The translations under genes and the position numbers were made by a program. A DNA stretch of 64,000 nucleotides from Anthoceros angustus (Eukaryota > Plantae > Anthocerotophyta): positions 496,001-560,000 of the forward strand of contig MU008179.1 in NCBI GenBank assembly GCA_010909165.1. Reading direction: 5' to 3'. Within the stretch, counting starts at the first letter, position 1. Every line of letters starts with the position of its first letter. Shown here one piece after another: positions 24,774 through 38,344 of this stretch. Under the pieces are notes generated by a model that was not told where the DNA came from, did no database searches, and saw only the letters and a program-made list of their open reading frames with translations.

Positions 24774-25597
24774 TGGGCAAGGGCCCCGCCTACGTGGCCA
24801 GAACTGGGCGGGCCCCTTGCCCAGCCAGATTGAATAAAAGTCTTCTCAGCTTATCTGCATACTCAAAGGCCCCAGCAAAGCTGCAATTGCAAGCAGGAAG
24901 CCGGGCGCAAAGCATGGCTGCATATGAGATATTTTGTTGCGTGGAAAGCGAGAGTCAGATACACGTAGGGAAAGTCCTCTTCAAAGCTGCAATTGCCCTT
25001 GCAAGCAGGAAGCCCGGCGCAAAGCGAGCATGGCCATGGGATTACATGATTTGATGCGTGGAATTTGAAAGCATGGGTCAGATACATGGAGGGTCGAGAC
25101 TCAAAGTATTGGAATAGAACATCCTAGATAGATGGGCACATCCCAGATGTGAACAGTCACGCCCTTTCGTGGTGACTACAAAGGCACAGCGTACCCAAGG
25201 CATTGACTCTTTCCTAATCATTCTTCCTTCTCCTCCATCCCTCTCCACATACGCATAGATTGATCTGCCTGATTTCCTATACAAAGCGCACATGAACATT
25301 GCACACTGCACAGGCTCGTAAGCCAACGAACTGGTACAAAAGCGGGCCGTTGGTCACTGCATTCCAGGTATCCAGCCACGTCATCTCCTCTCGTCGTCTG
25401 GATCGAGCCATGGCCGCATCCCGGCTCCTGCAGCGGCGACGGTCGCAGGCGACGCGGAACTGGCGCTGGACTTCTGCGTAACGGACCCGCCGTCCGGCAA
25501 CTCCATCCGGCCCACCGGAGGCGCCTGCACCATGGCCGCATCCCGGCTCCTGTTCCTGGCCCTGGCCATGGCAGCAGCAGCCATGCTCCCAGGCGAC
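24774..25597 (+). pseudogene. Rearranged fragments of a diverged germin paralogue (3' snippet, duplicated promoter pieces, two 5' starts)
   Basis: gtgggcaagggccccgcctacg snippet; promoter motif gcaagcaggaagccc x2; MAASRL..DAELALDFCVTDPPSGNSIRPTG from 25410; second ATG at 25532; present in every unit. Confidence 0.8.
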
Positions 25598-25627
25598 TTT
25601 CTGCTCATTATACTCCTTCCACCGCAG

Positions 25628-28454
25628 GCTGTCAAGTTCAAGGCTTTTCAAAAGTTTGCAAATACGCTAATACGGCGGAAGCACTTGCGCCAGCCACCGC
25701 TATTGTGGACGGCAAGGTATCCAAGGGTCTCAAAGTTTTTGAAGAAGGAAGTGCGAGGGGCACACTCGCTACCGATTCAAGACTGGCCAAAATCGTCAGC
25801 GATAAATTTGTAAAGATAATTGGCATTCTCGCGTCAGTTGATTCACTGGAGTCCCAGTGACAACATGGTCATAATCTTCAGGACGTGCTTTCTGGTTTGA
25901 CTGTCACACAACACCAATTGTATATATAACAGCGCAGTCATGGAGCTCATGAGAGGAGTCCGCTCACAGCTAGCTGCGCTCATTAGTGGACTTGCAGGAC
26001 AACACATGGGTGCCATGAGTCTTGGGCTCTCGCACAGCCTGTCCAGATACGAACTCAAATTTAGTCCTGATAAGGTGCGGACCTGGGATGACCTTGTAGC
26101 GATTAGGTGGAGTTGGAATGCCAGGATCAGGTTTCCTTGTTAATTATTCTGTCTTTTCTGATGTTTCTTGCTCGTTTAAGAATAGCGTCCAAGCTGAGTT
26201 CTCTTTGTTGTTTTGTTCATGGCGTTTCAGGTGGACACCATGATTGTCCAGGCTATTGGGCTTCTAGATGATTTGGATAAGGAATTGAATACATATGCTA
26301 TGCGTGTTCGGGAATGGTATGGGTGGCACTTTCCAGAGCTGGGAAACATTGTTCAGGACAGCATAAAGTACGCAAAAGTAGTGAACTTGATGGGCAGTAG
26401 AGAGTGTGGGCGAAATCGACGTCTCCGGAGTAAGAACTTGCCCCTGCTGCATTGCATGCACTTGGTCTTGGTTGCTGGTCAGTTGACGTTGATTCAGCGC
26501 ATGATGATGTGCTTGCTTTGCAGATTTTAGAGGAGGAGGTTGAGGCGGAAATGAAGGAAGCTGCTAACGTCTCCATGGGCACAGCAGTTAGTCAGCACGA
26601 TATGTTAAATATCAAAGCTCTTTGTGACCAAGTCATAGCCCTTGCAGAATACTGAGGCCAGTTATATGATTATCTGCGAACCAGAATGATTACCATTGCA
26701 CCCAATCTAACTACAATGGTGGGAGAGCTTGTTGGTGCCCGGTTGATCGCACATGCTGGGAGTCTTATCAACCTTGCCAAGCAACCAGCCAGTACTGTGC
26801 AGATCTTGGGTGCGGAAAAGGCGTGTCGCTGGTCTTGCAGTTGTGTCTGGCGGCCAAGGAGATGTGTGAGGGTGCGGTGAAGGCTTTGCAGGCTGAGGTG
26901 GCGCGGCTGACTGATGAGGCGGAGAGCAGCAGGTCGGAGATGGAGGAAAGGGATAGAGCTCGCTGGTCTGCTGAACAGAAGTCTGAAATGGCGGGGCAGG
27001 TGCGGGAGCAAGGGCACCGTGAGTCCGTCGCTGAGCAGCAGGTGCTTGTTATGAGTAGGAAGGTTGACAGCTGGTCTGCAGCTGTTTTGTGGTTATTTGG
27101 TTTTACGTCTTGACTTATGCTTGTGCCATCTGTGATGCAGGCTCTCTTCAGGGCTCTGAAGACAAAGCATGAGACTCAAAATATGGATTGATCTTCATGC
27201 TTCACTCATTGGGCAGGCTCCCCGAAATTCGAAGGAAAATTGCTCGCGTTCTTGCTGCCAAATCTGCCCTGTCAACCCGTGTTGATGCTTTGGGAGATGA
27301 TTCGAACTGCAGTATCGGTCTTGAAGATAGGCTGAAGGTTTGTGCTTTCTTACTGCAGCTGTGTCTGGATGAGAGTGGCTTGCGAGGTTCACAGTTCATC
27401 CGTGGAACTTGCATTAGGGTCCCGACGTTGTGACGTGTATTTTTATCATGTCTGATATCAGGTGGAGGCCCGCCTAAGGAGTTTAGAGGAGAGCCCTGAA
27501 AAGTTAAGTGGGGCCTCTAAGGGAATGCTAAGATTGAGGCATATGACAAGGACCGAAAGAAGGATGCTCCGGGCCTGATAACCGCTGCCAAGGTATATCT
27601 GTCTTTTGAGCTCTCCTCTGCACGTTGTGAGAAATCAGAAGGAAAAGCCTGTTCTTTTAGTTGGGAGCTGCTGGGCCCCTATTGCTGTGATCTTCATGTG
27701 GGTTACCTACCTACCAGTGATGTCACCTAGGTGTTGTACCAGTGAGTGCAACTTTGTTGTGGCATGGCTAACTTAAGATTATGGTTTTGTTCAGTCATAC
27801 AACCCAGCAGCCGACTCCACTGTGGGGCTGCAGCCTGCGGAGACAGCAAGTGGTCAAGAAGAAGAAGAAGAAGCGTGAACCCGAAGAACCAGCAGCAGCG
27901 CCAGTAGCAGCTATTGAACCAGCTCCAGAAGAACCTCCGAAGAAGAAGAAGAGGAAACCCGCAGTAGAAGAGGTTGTGGTGACTCCGGTGCCCGAGGAGG
28001 AACCGAAGGTTCTGTCTCAGTTCCTGTCTCTTGTTTAGCCCCGATACCCCTACTCACGTCCTTCGTGTTCTAAGTCTGTATTTCGCATGTCTCCAGAAGA
28101 AGAAGAAAGAGAAGGCTGCTGCTGAGACTGCCGTGGCAACTCCAACGCCACCAGTTGCAGACCAACAGCAGCCTGTGAAGGTAGTTGTCTTACCTCTTGT
28201 TGCTTTTGTCGCTGTATTCATCCATGAGAAAACTTGATCAACGTTCCCGCCCAAATAGTGCGCCTCATTAACCCTGGGTTCCTTCTCCTCGGCAGAGCAA
28301 GAAAGAAAAGGCTGAGCAATCAGCTACAGAAAAGGTGTCGACGAAAAAGCGCAAAGTCGAGGTCACAGTTGAAGAGACGACAGTTGAGGCGATAAACGGG
28401 TCGGAGAGTGTCGAGAAGAAGAAGAAGCAGAAGAAGAAGAAGCAGGCGGACTAA
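25628..28454 (+). pseudogene. NOP58: NOP58 (NOP5) box C/D snoRNP protein, 5'-truncated, multi-exon, with premature stop; copy 1
   Basis: VMELMRGVRSQ; [38 protein letters not shown]; [18 protein letters not shown]; [20 protein letters not shown]; TGA at 26653. Confidence 0.88.
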
Positions 28455-29530
28455 TGTTAGACCTGACTCTCCCTCTTTCAGGCCTGGAGGGATCCTCTCT
28501 TCTGGTGGGATGGAAGGCCTTAATTTTGCTCCCGTCACCTTGGTGGGTAGCCAACAGTATGTATTGTTTATGGAAGTGTCTCCGGGACTCGGGGGAGGTG
28601 TGCCCGGTCTATCTAGGGCGCACAACCGATTTTGTGAAGGCTTCTCATAGCCTAGAGTGGCTCTCCCAGGCAAGAAATGAGGCAGGCTTCCGCCCGCCGA
28701 GCGCGAGGCAGGTCTGTTGGGGTGCTAGTCAAGCGTGTGTTGCCATAGTAGCTGAGAATCTCTGTCACCTCACAGCGCCTAACGCCTCCCGGAGAAGGCC
28801 GCCGCCCGCGTGAACCCATGCGGGCCCTATCTCCATCGTGCCCACACATTTGTAACCAATCCGGCAGCAGGGCACTTGTGGCTGCCAGCATTGTAAGTTA
28901 TCAAATTTGCAGGTGTTTGATGAAATGGCAGGTGTAAATGCTATCGAGGGCGCTCATGAGTCACCTGGCACCACTCTTATGATCTGACCGACAGTTTTTC
29001 CACGTGCTACGCCTGCCTCCAAGGTGGTTGGTGTAGCATAGTGCTTCTTAGCTCTTCATAAAAGATGAAGTTGAGCTTTCTGACTCTTCAAAAAGGCGAA
29101 GTTGAGCTTTCTGGCTCGGCCTGCCACACAGACAGAGAAAGGCAAAGTTGAGCCGTATTTGACCTAGGTACCATATATGTATAGCTCTGTTAATGAATGG
29201 GATGTAAATGAATGAATTAAGGAGGCAGAGCCTAAACGTGAGGAGCTTTGAAATTATTGGTTCCCCAGCCTGTTGCATTCCGATTGGAGGATTAGGAAGG
29301 GGCAAAAGCGGCAAGCAGGAAGCCCGGGCGCAAGGCGAGCATGGCTGCAGATGAGATATTTTGATGCGTGGAAAGCGAGGATCAGATACACGCAAGGAAA
29401 GTGCACACTGCGCAGGCTCGTCAGCGAGCGGACTGGTACAAATAGCGGGCGGTTGGGCACTGCATTCCAACGATTTCATCCATCAATTTCAGCGCTTCCC
29501 GGGTCTCCGAGTCGTCGTGCGAATCGAGCC

Positions 29531-30174
29531 ATGGCAGCATCCCAGCTCCTGTTCCTGGCCGTGGCCATGGCGGCAGCAGCCCTGGTTGCAGGCGACGCGG
29601 AAGTGGTGGTGGATTTCTGCGTGACGGACCCGGCGCCCGGCAACTCCATCCGACCCACCGGAAGCCCCTGCAAGGCTCTGGCCGACGTCAAGTCCTCCGA
29701 CTTCAAGTTCACGCTGGTGCCGGGCGCCCCGGGCGGCCGCCTCAACTTCGGCGTCGCGGTGGGCTTCGCCGACCAGTGGGGCGGGCTCAACGGCCTGCAG
29801 GTTGCCATCGCGAGGCTGGATTTCGGAAAGGGCGGCCAGATCCTCCCACCACCACCCGCGCGCCACCGAGATCTTCTACGTGGTGAAGGGCAAGGTGCTG
29901 AACGGCTTCATCGACTCCGCCGGCACCCTGTACGAGGAGGTGTTGAGCGCGGGCCAGGCCTTCGTCTTCCCCAGAGGCCTCATCCACTACCAGCAGAACG
30001 TGGGCAAGGGCCCCGCCTACGGCATCTCCTCCTTCAACAGCCAGAGCCCCGGCCTGCAGCTCACATTCAACGCCGTCCTCGAATCCAACCCCTCATTTCC
30101 TCCAAGGATCTCGCCCAAACTCTCAACGTCAAGAAGAGCGAGGTCGACTCCTGCGCAAGGCCTTTGGAGCCTAA
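29531..30174 (+). CDS. Germin-like protein, copy 2
   Basis: Same motifs as copy 1. Confidence 0.9.
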
Positions 30175-31986
30175 TCGTTCAGCACCTGTCCGCCTCCGGA
30201 TCCGGAGCTTCCTCGTTCAGGTCCCCTAGTGTGTCCCCAGTTGTTCCCAGTCCTAGTCCAGTCCGGTGACACCAGTGATAGGGATATGTAAGCAAGCGCA
30301 CCGATTAATGCTCGCTGCGGATTTGATCTTTGCTTTTTCCTTGGGGAGACAGTCACGGCCCAGGCCTGGCTGTGCCAGTGGTAGCCATCTCCTCAACGTT
30401 TTACATTTTATCACATGACCTTGTGTGAGCACACGTCCCTCTCGGCAACCCAGTGCCGTACACTCTACGCCCATGAGTTTACTCGTAAACCCTTGGCCTG
30501 CATGTGTGCTTTGTGGTGCTAGGTGCGCAAGCTAGTGTTCCATCGTTGTTCAGCAGACGACTGAATCAGGAACAATGTTCTCGAAACCGGAAGATCAGCA
30601 GCCGCATACGCCCGCACCATGCTTCCGGATATGGAACAAGGGTTGAGAGATGCAGGTTGTGCGATAAAGGACTTCAGCTACGTCCGAATATCGGAAGGAC
30701 AACGTACCCACACCTCCCCACGTGCGCCATGTCTCCAAGTCCCGAACAATATTCGCAAGATCCGTTTTGGTCTTGCACCGTGTCCCGACGCCATCCTTCA
30801 GACAATCCCGTTTGGAAGGGGCTTCCTTGGTCAGGAACCAGACATGTTCGCCCATAATATGGTTTAAAGCCTTTTTGACCCATAATATGTTCTGCGCCTC
30901 TCCCCAAGGTGGCTCCTGCAGCAAAGTGCACTTTGCCTCGGCTCACAACTGCATTGAAGGCTGTCAATATTAAAATATTGAAGGCTGTCAATATTAAACT
31001 GATGTACGCAGGCATGATGTAGGTATCAGGAGGCAGATATGCCTGCAATGCATGTCAGTGGCCGCAGATTGGTGAACTTGTTGGTTAGCCCTGAAAGCTG
31101 CAAGCAGAACAAGGAGAAGGTATGTGGGCAAGGGCCCCGCCTACGTGGCCAGAACTGGGGCGGGCCTTGCCCAGCCAGATTGAATAAAAGTCTTCTCAGC
31201 TTATCTGCATACTCAAAGGCCCCAGCAAAGCTGCAATTGCAAGCAGGAAGCCCGGGCGCAAAGCGAGCATGGCTGCATATGAGATATTTTGTTGCGTGGA
31301 AAGCGAGAGTCAGATACACGTAGGGAAAGTCCTCTTCAAAGCTGCAATTGCCTTGCAAGCAGGAAGCCGGGCGCAAAGCGAGCATGGCGGCCCATGGGAT
31401 TACATGATTTGATGCGTGGAATTTGAAAGCATGGGTCAGATACATGGAGGGTCGAGACTCAAAGTATTGGAATAGAACATCCTAGATAGATGGGCACATC
31501 CCAGATGTGAACAGTCACGCCCTTTCGTGGGTGACTACAAAAGGCACAACGTACCCAAGGCATTGACTCTTTCCTAATCATTCTTCCTTCTCCTCCATCC
31601 CTCTCCACATACGCATAGATTGATCTGCCTGATTTCCTATACAAAGCGCACATGAACATTGCACACTGCACAGGCTCGTAAGCCAACGAACTGGTACAAA
31701 AAGCGGGCCGTTGGTCACTGCATTCCAGGTATCCAGCCACGTCATCTCCTCTCGTCGTCTGGATCGAGCCATGGCCGCATCCCGGCTCCTGCAGCGGCGA
31801 CGGTCGCAGGCGACGCGGAACTGGCGCTGGACTTCTGCGTAACGGACCCGCCGTCCGGCAACTCCATCCGGCCCACCGGGCGCCTGCACCATGGCCGCAT
31901 CCCGGCTCCTGTTCCTGGCCCTGGCCATGGCAGCAGCAGCCATGCTCCCAGGCGACTTTCTGCTCATTATACTCCTTCCACCGCAG

Positions 31987-34811
31987 GCTGTCAAGTTCAA
32001 GGCTTTTCAAAAGTTTGCAAATACGCTAATACGGCGGAAGCACTTGCGCCAGCCACCGCTATTGTGGACGGCAAGGTATCCAAGGGTCTCAAAGTTTTTG
32101 AAGAAGGAAGTGCGAGGGGCACACTCGCTACTGCCGATTCAAGACTGGCCAAAATCGTCAGCGATAAATTTGTAAAGATAATTGGCATTCTCGCGTCAGT
32201 TGATTCACTGGAGTCCCAGTGACAACATGGTCATAATCTTCAGGACGTGCTTTCTGGTTTGACTGTCACACAACACCAATTGTATATATAACAGCGCAGT
32301 CATGGAGCTCATGAGAGGAGTCCGCTCACAGCTAGCTGCGCTCATTAGTGGACTTGCAGGACAACACATGGGTGCCATGAGTCTTGGGCTCTCACAGCCT
32401 GTCCAGATACGAACTCAAATTTAGTCCTGATAAGGTGCGGACCTGGGATGACCTTGTAGCGATTAGGTGGAGTTGGAATGCCAGGATCAGGTTTCCTTGT
32501 TAATTATTCTGTCTTTTCTGATGTTTCTTGCTCGTTTAAGAATAGCGTCCAAGCTGAGTTCTCTTTGTTGTTTTGTTCATGGCGTTTCAGGTGGACACCA
32601 TGATTGTCCAGGCTATTGGGCTTCTAGATGATTTGGATAAGGAATTGAATACATATGCTATGCGTGTTCGGGAATGGTATGGGTGGCACTTTCCAGAGCT
32701 GGGAAACATTGTTCAGGACAGCATAAAGTACGCAAAAGTAGTGAACTTGATGGGCAGTAGAGAGTGTGGGCGAAATCGACGTCTCCGGAGTAAGAACTTG
32801 CCCCTGCTGCATTGCATGCACTTGGTCTTGGTTGCTGGTCAGTTGACGTTGATTCAGCGCATGATGATGTGCTTGCTTTGCAGATTTTAGAGGAGGAGGT
32901 TGAGGCGGAAATGAAGGAAGCTGCTAACGTCTCCATGGGCACAGCAGTTAGTCGGCACGATATGTTAAATATCAAAGCTCTTTGTGACCAAGTCATAGCC
33001 CTTGCAGAATACTGAGGCCAGTTATATGATTATCTGCGAACCAGAATGATTACCATTGCACCCAATCTAACTACAATGGTGGGAGAGCTTGTTGGTGCCC
33101 GGTTGATCGCACATGCTGAGTCTTATCAACCTTGCCAAGCAACCAGCCAGTACTGTGCAGATCTTGGGTGCGGAAAAGGCGTGTCGCTGGTCTTGCAGTT
33201 GTGTCTGGCGGCCAAGGAGATGTGTGAGGGTGCGGTGAAGGCTTTGCAGGCTGAGGTGGCGCGGCTGACTGATGAGGCGGAGGAGCAGGTCGGAGATGGA
33301 GGAAAGGGATAGAGCTCGCTGGTCTGCTGAACAGAAGTCTGAAATGGCGGGGCAGGTGCGGGAGCAAGGGCACCGTGAGTCCGTCGCTGAGCAGCAGGTG
33401 CTTGTTATGAGTAGGAAGGTTGACAGCTGGTCTGCAGCTGTTTTGTGGTTATTTGGTTTTACGTCTTGACTTATGCTTGTGCCATCTGTGATGCAGGCTC
33501 TCTTCAGGGCTCTGAAGACAAAGCATGAGACTCCAAAATATGGATTGATCTTTCATGCTTCACTCATTGGGCAGGCTCCCCGAAATTCGAAGGAAAATTG
33601 CTCGCGTTCTTGCTGCCAAATCTGCCCTGTCAACCCGTGTTGATGCTTTGGGAGATGATTCGAACTGCAGTATCGGTCTTGAAGATAGGCTGAAGGTTTG
33701 TGCTTTCTTACTGCAGCTGTGTCTGGATGAGAGTGGCTTGCGAGGTTCACAGTTCATCCGTGGAACTTGCATTAGGGTCCCGACGTTGTGACGTGTATTT
33801 TTATCATGTCTGATATCAGGTGGAGGCCCGCCTAAGGAGTTTAGAGGAGAGCCCTGAAAAGTTAAGTGGGGCCTCTAAGGGAATGCTAAGATTGAGGCAT
33901 ATGACAAGGACCGAAAGAAGGATGCTCCGGGCCTGATAACCGCTGCCAAGGTATATCTGTCTTTGAGCTCTCCTCTGCACGTTGTGAGAAATCAGAAGGA
34001 AAAGCCTGTTCTTTTAGTTGGGAGCTGCTGGGCCCCTATTGCTGTGATCTTCATGTGGGTTACCTACCTACCAGTGATGTCACCTAGGTGTTGTACCAGT
34101 GAGTGCAACTTTGTTGTGGCATGGCTAACTTAAGATTATGGTTTTGTTCAGTCATACAACCCAGCAGCCGACTCCACTGTGGGGCTGCAGCCTGCGGAGA
34201 CAGCAAGTGGTCAAGAAGAAGAAGAAGAAGCGTGAACCGAAGAACCAGCAGCAGCGCCAGTAGCAGCTATTGAACCAGCTCCAGAAGAACCTCCGAAGAA
34301 GAAGAAGAGGAAACCCGCAGTAGAAGAGGTTGTGGTGACTCCGGTGCCCGAGGAGGAACCGAAGGTTCTGTCTCGGTTCCTGTCTCTTGTTTAGCCCCGA
34401 TACCCCTACTCACGTCCTTCGTGTTCTAAGTCTGTATTTCGCATGTCTCCAGAAGAAGAAGAAGAGAAGGCTGCTGCTGCGACTGCCGTGGCAACTCAAC
34501 GCCACCAGTTGCAGACCAACAGCAGCCTGTGAAGGTGGTTGTCTTACCTCTTGTTGCTTTTGTCGCTGTACTCATCCATGAGAACTTGATCAACGTTCCC
34601 GCCCAAATAGTGCGCCTCATTAACCCTGGGTTCCTTCTCCTCGGCAGAGCAAGAAAGAAAAGGCTGAGCAATCAGCTACAGAAAAGGTGACGACGAAAAG
34701 CGCAAAGTCGAGGTCACAGTTGAAAAGACGACAGTTGAGGCGATAAACGGGTCGGAGAGTGTCGAGAAGAAGAAGAAGAAGAAGAAGAAGAAGAAGAAGC
34801 AGGCGGACTAA
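31987..34811 (+). pseudogene. NOP58: NOP58 pseudogene, copy 2
   Basis: Same exons as copy 1; TGA at 33013. Confidence 0.88.
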
Positions 34812-35884
34812 TGTTAGACCTGACTCTCCCTCTTTCAGGCCTGGAGGATCCTCTCTTCTGGTGGGATGGAAGGCCTTAATTTTGCTTCCGTCACCTTGTT
34901 GGGTAGCCAACAGTATGTATTGTTTATGGAAGTGTCTCCGGGACTCGGGGAGGTGTGCCCGGTCTATCTAGGGCGCACAACCGATTTTGTGAAGGCTTCT
35001 CATAGCCTAGAGTGGCTCTCCCAGGCAAGAAATGAGGCAGGCTTCCGCCCGCCGAGCGCGAGGTAGGTCTGTTGGGGTGCTAGTCAAGCGTGTGTTGCCA
35101 TAGTAGCTGAGAATCTCTGTCACCTCACAGCGCCTAACGCCTCCCGGAGAAGGCCGCCGCCCGCGTGAACCCATGCAGGGCCCTATCTCCATCGTGCCAC
35201 ACATTTGTAACCAATCCGGCAGCAGGGCACTTGTGGCTGCCAGCATTGTAAGTTATCAAATTTGCAGGTGTTTGATGAAATGGCAGGTGTAAATGCTATC
35301 GAGGGCGCTCATGAGTCACCTGGCACCACTCTTATGATCTGACCGACAGTTTTTCCACGTGCTACGCCTGCCTCCAAGGTGGTTGGTGTAGCATAGTGCT
35401 TCTTAGCTCTTCATAAAAGATGAAGTTGAGCTTTCTGACTCTTCAAAAAGGCGAAGTTGAGCTTTCTGGCTCGGCCTGCCACACAGACAGAGAAAGGCAA
35501 AGTTGAGCCGTATTTGACCTAGGTACCATATATGTATAGCTCTGTTAATGAATGGGATGTAAATGAATGAATTAAGGAGGCAGAGCCTAAACGTGAGGAG
35601 CTTTGAAATTATTGGTTCCCCGAGCCTGTTGCATTCCGATTGGAGGATTAGGAAGGGCAAAAGCGGCAAGCAGGAAGCCCAGGCGCAAGGCGAGCATGGC
35701 TGCAGATGAGATATTTTGATGCGTGGAAAGCGAGGATCAGATACACGCAAGGAAAGTGCACACTGCGCAGGCTCGTCAGCGAGCGGACTGGTACAAATAG
35801 CGGGCGGTTGGGCACTGCATTCCAACGATTTCATCCATCAATTTCAGCGCTTCCGGGTCTCCGAGTCGTCGTGCGAATCGAGCC

Positions 35885-36529
35885 ATGGCAGCATCCCAGC
35901 TCCTGTTCCTGGCCGTGGCCATGGCGGCAGCAGCCCTGGTTGCAGGCGACGCGGAAGTGGTGGTGGATTTCTGCGTGACGGACCCGGCGCCCGGCAACTC
36001 CATCCGACCCACCGGAAGCCCCTGCAAGGCTCTGGCCGACGTCAAGTCCTCCGACTTCAAGTTCACGCTGGTGCCGGGCGCCCCGGGCGGCCGCCTCAAC
36101 TTCGGCGTCGCGGTGGGCTTCGCCGACCAGTGGGGCGGGCTCAACGGCCTGCAGGTTGCCATCGCGAGGCTGGATTTCGGAAAGGGCGGCCAGATCCTCC
36201 CCACCACCACCCGCGCGCCACCGAGATCTTCTACGTGGTGAAGGGCAAGGTGCTGAACGGCTTCATCGACTCCGCCGGCACCCTGTACGAGGAGGTGTTG
36301 AGCGCGGGCCAGGCCTTCGTCTTCCCAGAGGCCTCATCCACTACCAGCAGAACGTGGGCAAGGGCCCCGCCTACGGCATCTCCTCCTTCAACAGCCAGAG
36401 CCCCGGCCTGCAGCTCACATTCAACGCCGTCCTCGAATCCAACCCCTCATTTCCTCCAAGGATCTCGCCCAAACTCTCAACGTCAAGAAGAGCGAGGTCG
36501 ACTCCCTGCGCAAGGCCTTTGGAGCCTAA
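35885..36529 (+). CDS. Germin-like protein, copy 3
   Basis: Same motifs as copy 1. Confidence 0.9.
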
Positions 36530-38344
36530 TCGTTCAGCACCTGTCCGCCTCCGGATCCGGAGCTTCCTCGTTCGGGTCCCCTAGTGTGTCCCCCGGTTGT
36601 TCCCAGTCCTAGTCCAGTCCGGTGACACCAGTGATAGGGATATGTAAGCAAGCGCACCGATTAATGCTCGCTGCGGATTTGATCTTTTGCTTTTTCCTTG
36701 GGGAGACAGTCACGGCCCAGGCCTGGCTGTGCCAGTGGTAGCCATCTCCTCAACGTTTTACATTTTATCACATGACCTTGTGTGAGCACACGTCCCCTCT
36801 CGGCAACCCAGTGCCGGACACTCTACGCCCATGAGGTTACTCGTAAACCCTTGGCCTGCATGTGTGCTTTGTGGTGCTAGGTGCGCAAGCTAGTGTTCCA
36901 TCGTTGTTCAGCAAACGACTGAATCAGGAACAATGTTCTCGAAACCGGAAGATCAGCAGCCGCATACGCCCGCACCATGCTTCCGGATATGGAACAAGGG
37001 TTGAGAGATGCAGGTTGTGCGATAAAGGACTTCAGCTACGTCCGAATATCGGAAGGACAACGTACCCACACCTCCCACGTGCGCCATGTCTCCGAGTCCC
37101 GAACAATATTCGCAAGATCCGTTTTGGTCTTGCACCGTGTCCGACGCCATCCTTCAGACAATCCCGTTTTGGAAGGGGCTTCCTTGGTCAGGAACCAGAC
37201 CTGTTCGCCCATAATATGGTTTAAAGCCTTTTGACCCATAATATGTTCTGCGCCTCTCCCAAGGTGGCTCCTGCAGCAAAGTGCACTTTGCCTCGGCTCA
37301 CAACTGCATTGAAGGCTGTCAATATTAAAATATTGAAGGCTGTCAATATTAAACTGATGTACGCAGGCATGATGTAGGTATCAGGGAGGCAGATATGCCT
37401 GCAATGCATGTCAGTGGCCGCAGATTGGTGAACTTGTTGGTTAGCCCTGAAAGCTGCAAGCAGAACAAGGAGAAGGTATGTGGGCAAGGGCCCCGCCTAC
37501 GTGGCCAGAACTGGGCGGGCCCCTTGCCCAGCCAGATTGAATAAAAGTCTTCTCAGCTTATCTGCATACTCAAAGGCCCCAGCAAAGCTGCAATTGCAAG
37601 CAGGAAGCCCGGGCGCAAAGCGAGCATGGCTGCATATGAGATATTTTGTTGCGTGGAAAGCGAGAGTCAGATACACGTAGGGAAAGTCCTCTTCAAAGCT
37701 GCAATTGCCTTGCAAGCAGGAAGCCCGGGCGCAAAGCGAGCATGGCGGCCCATGGGATTACATGATTTGATGCGTGGAATTTGAAAGCATGGGTCAGATA
37801 CATGGAGGGTCGAGACTCAAAGTATTGGAATAGAACATCCTAGATAGATGGGCACATCCCAGATGTGAACAGTCACGCCCTTTCGTGGGTGACTACAAAA
37901 GGCACAGCGTACCCAAGGCATTGACTCTTTCCTAATCATTCTTCCTTCTCCTCCATCCCTCTCCACATACGCATAGATTGATCTGCCTGATTTCCTATAC
38001 AAAGCGCACATGAACATTGCACACTGCACAGGCTCGTAAGCCAACGAACTGGTACAAAAAGCGGGCCGTTGGTCACTGCATTCCAGGTATCCAGCCACGT
38101 CATCTCCTCTCGTCGTCTGGATCGAGCCATGGCCGCATCCCGGCTCCTGCAGCGGCGACGGTCGCAGGCGACGCGGAACTGGCGCTGGACTTCTGCGTAA
38201 CGGACCCGCCGTCCGGCAACTCCATCCGGCCCACCGGGCGCCTGCACCATGGCCGCATCCCGGCTCCTGTTCCTGGCCCTGGCCATGGCAGCAGCAGCCA
38301 TGCTCCCAGGCGACTTTCTGCTCATTATACTCCTTCCACCGCAG

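Noticed and set aside
26653-26655. Stop-codon recoding or U-to-C editing rescuing NOP58
   Set aside because: Such editing is organellar; this nuclear copy is also 5'-truncated and frameshifted
26075-27794. Intronic snoRNAs in NOP58 introns
   Set aside because: No properly spaced C and D boxes with terminal stems; ctga occurrences coincide with likely branch points
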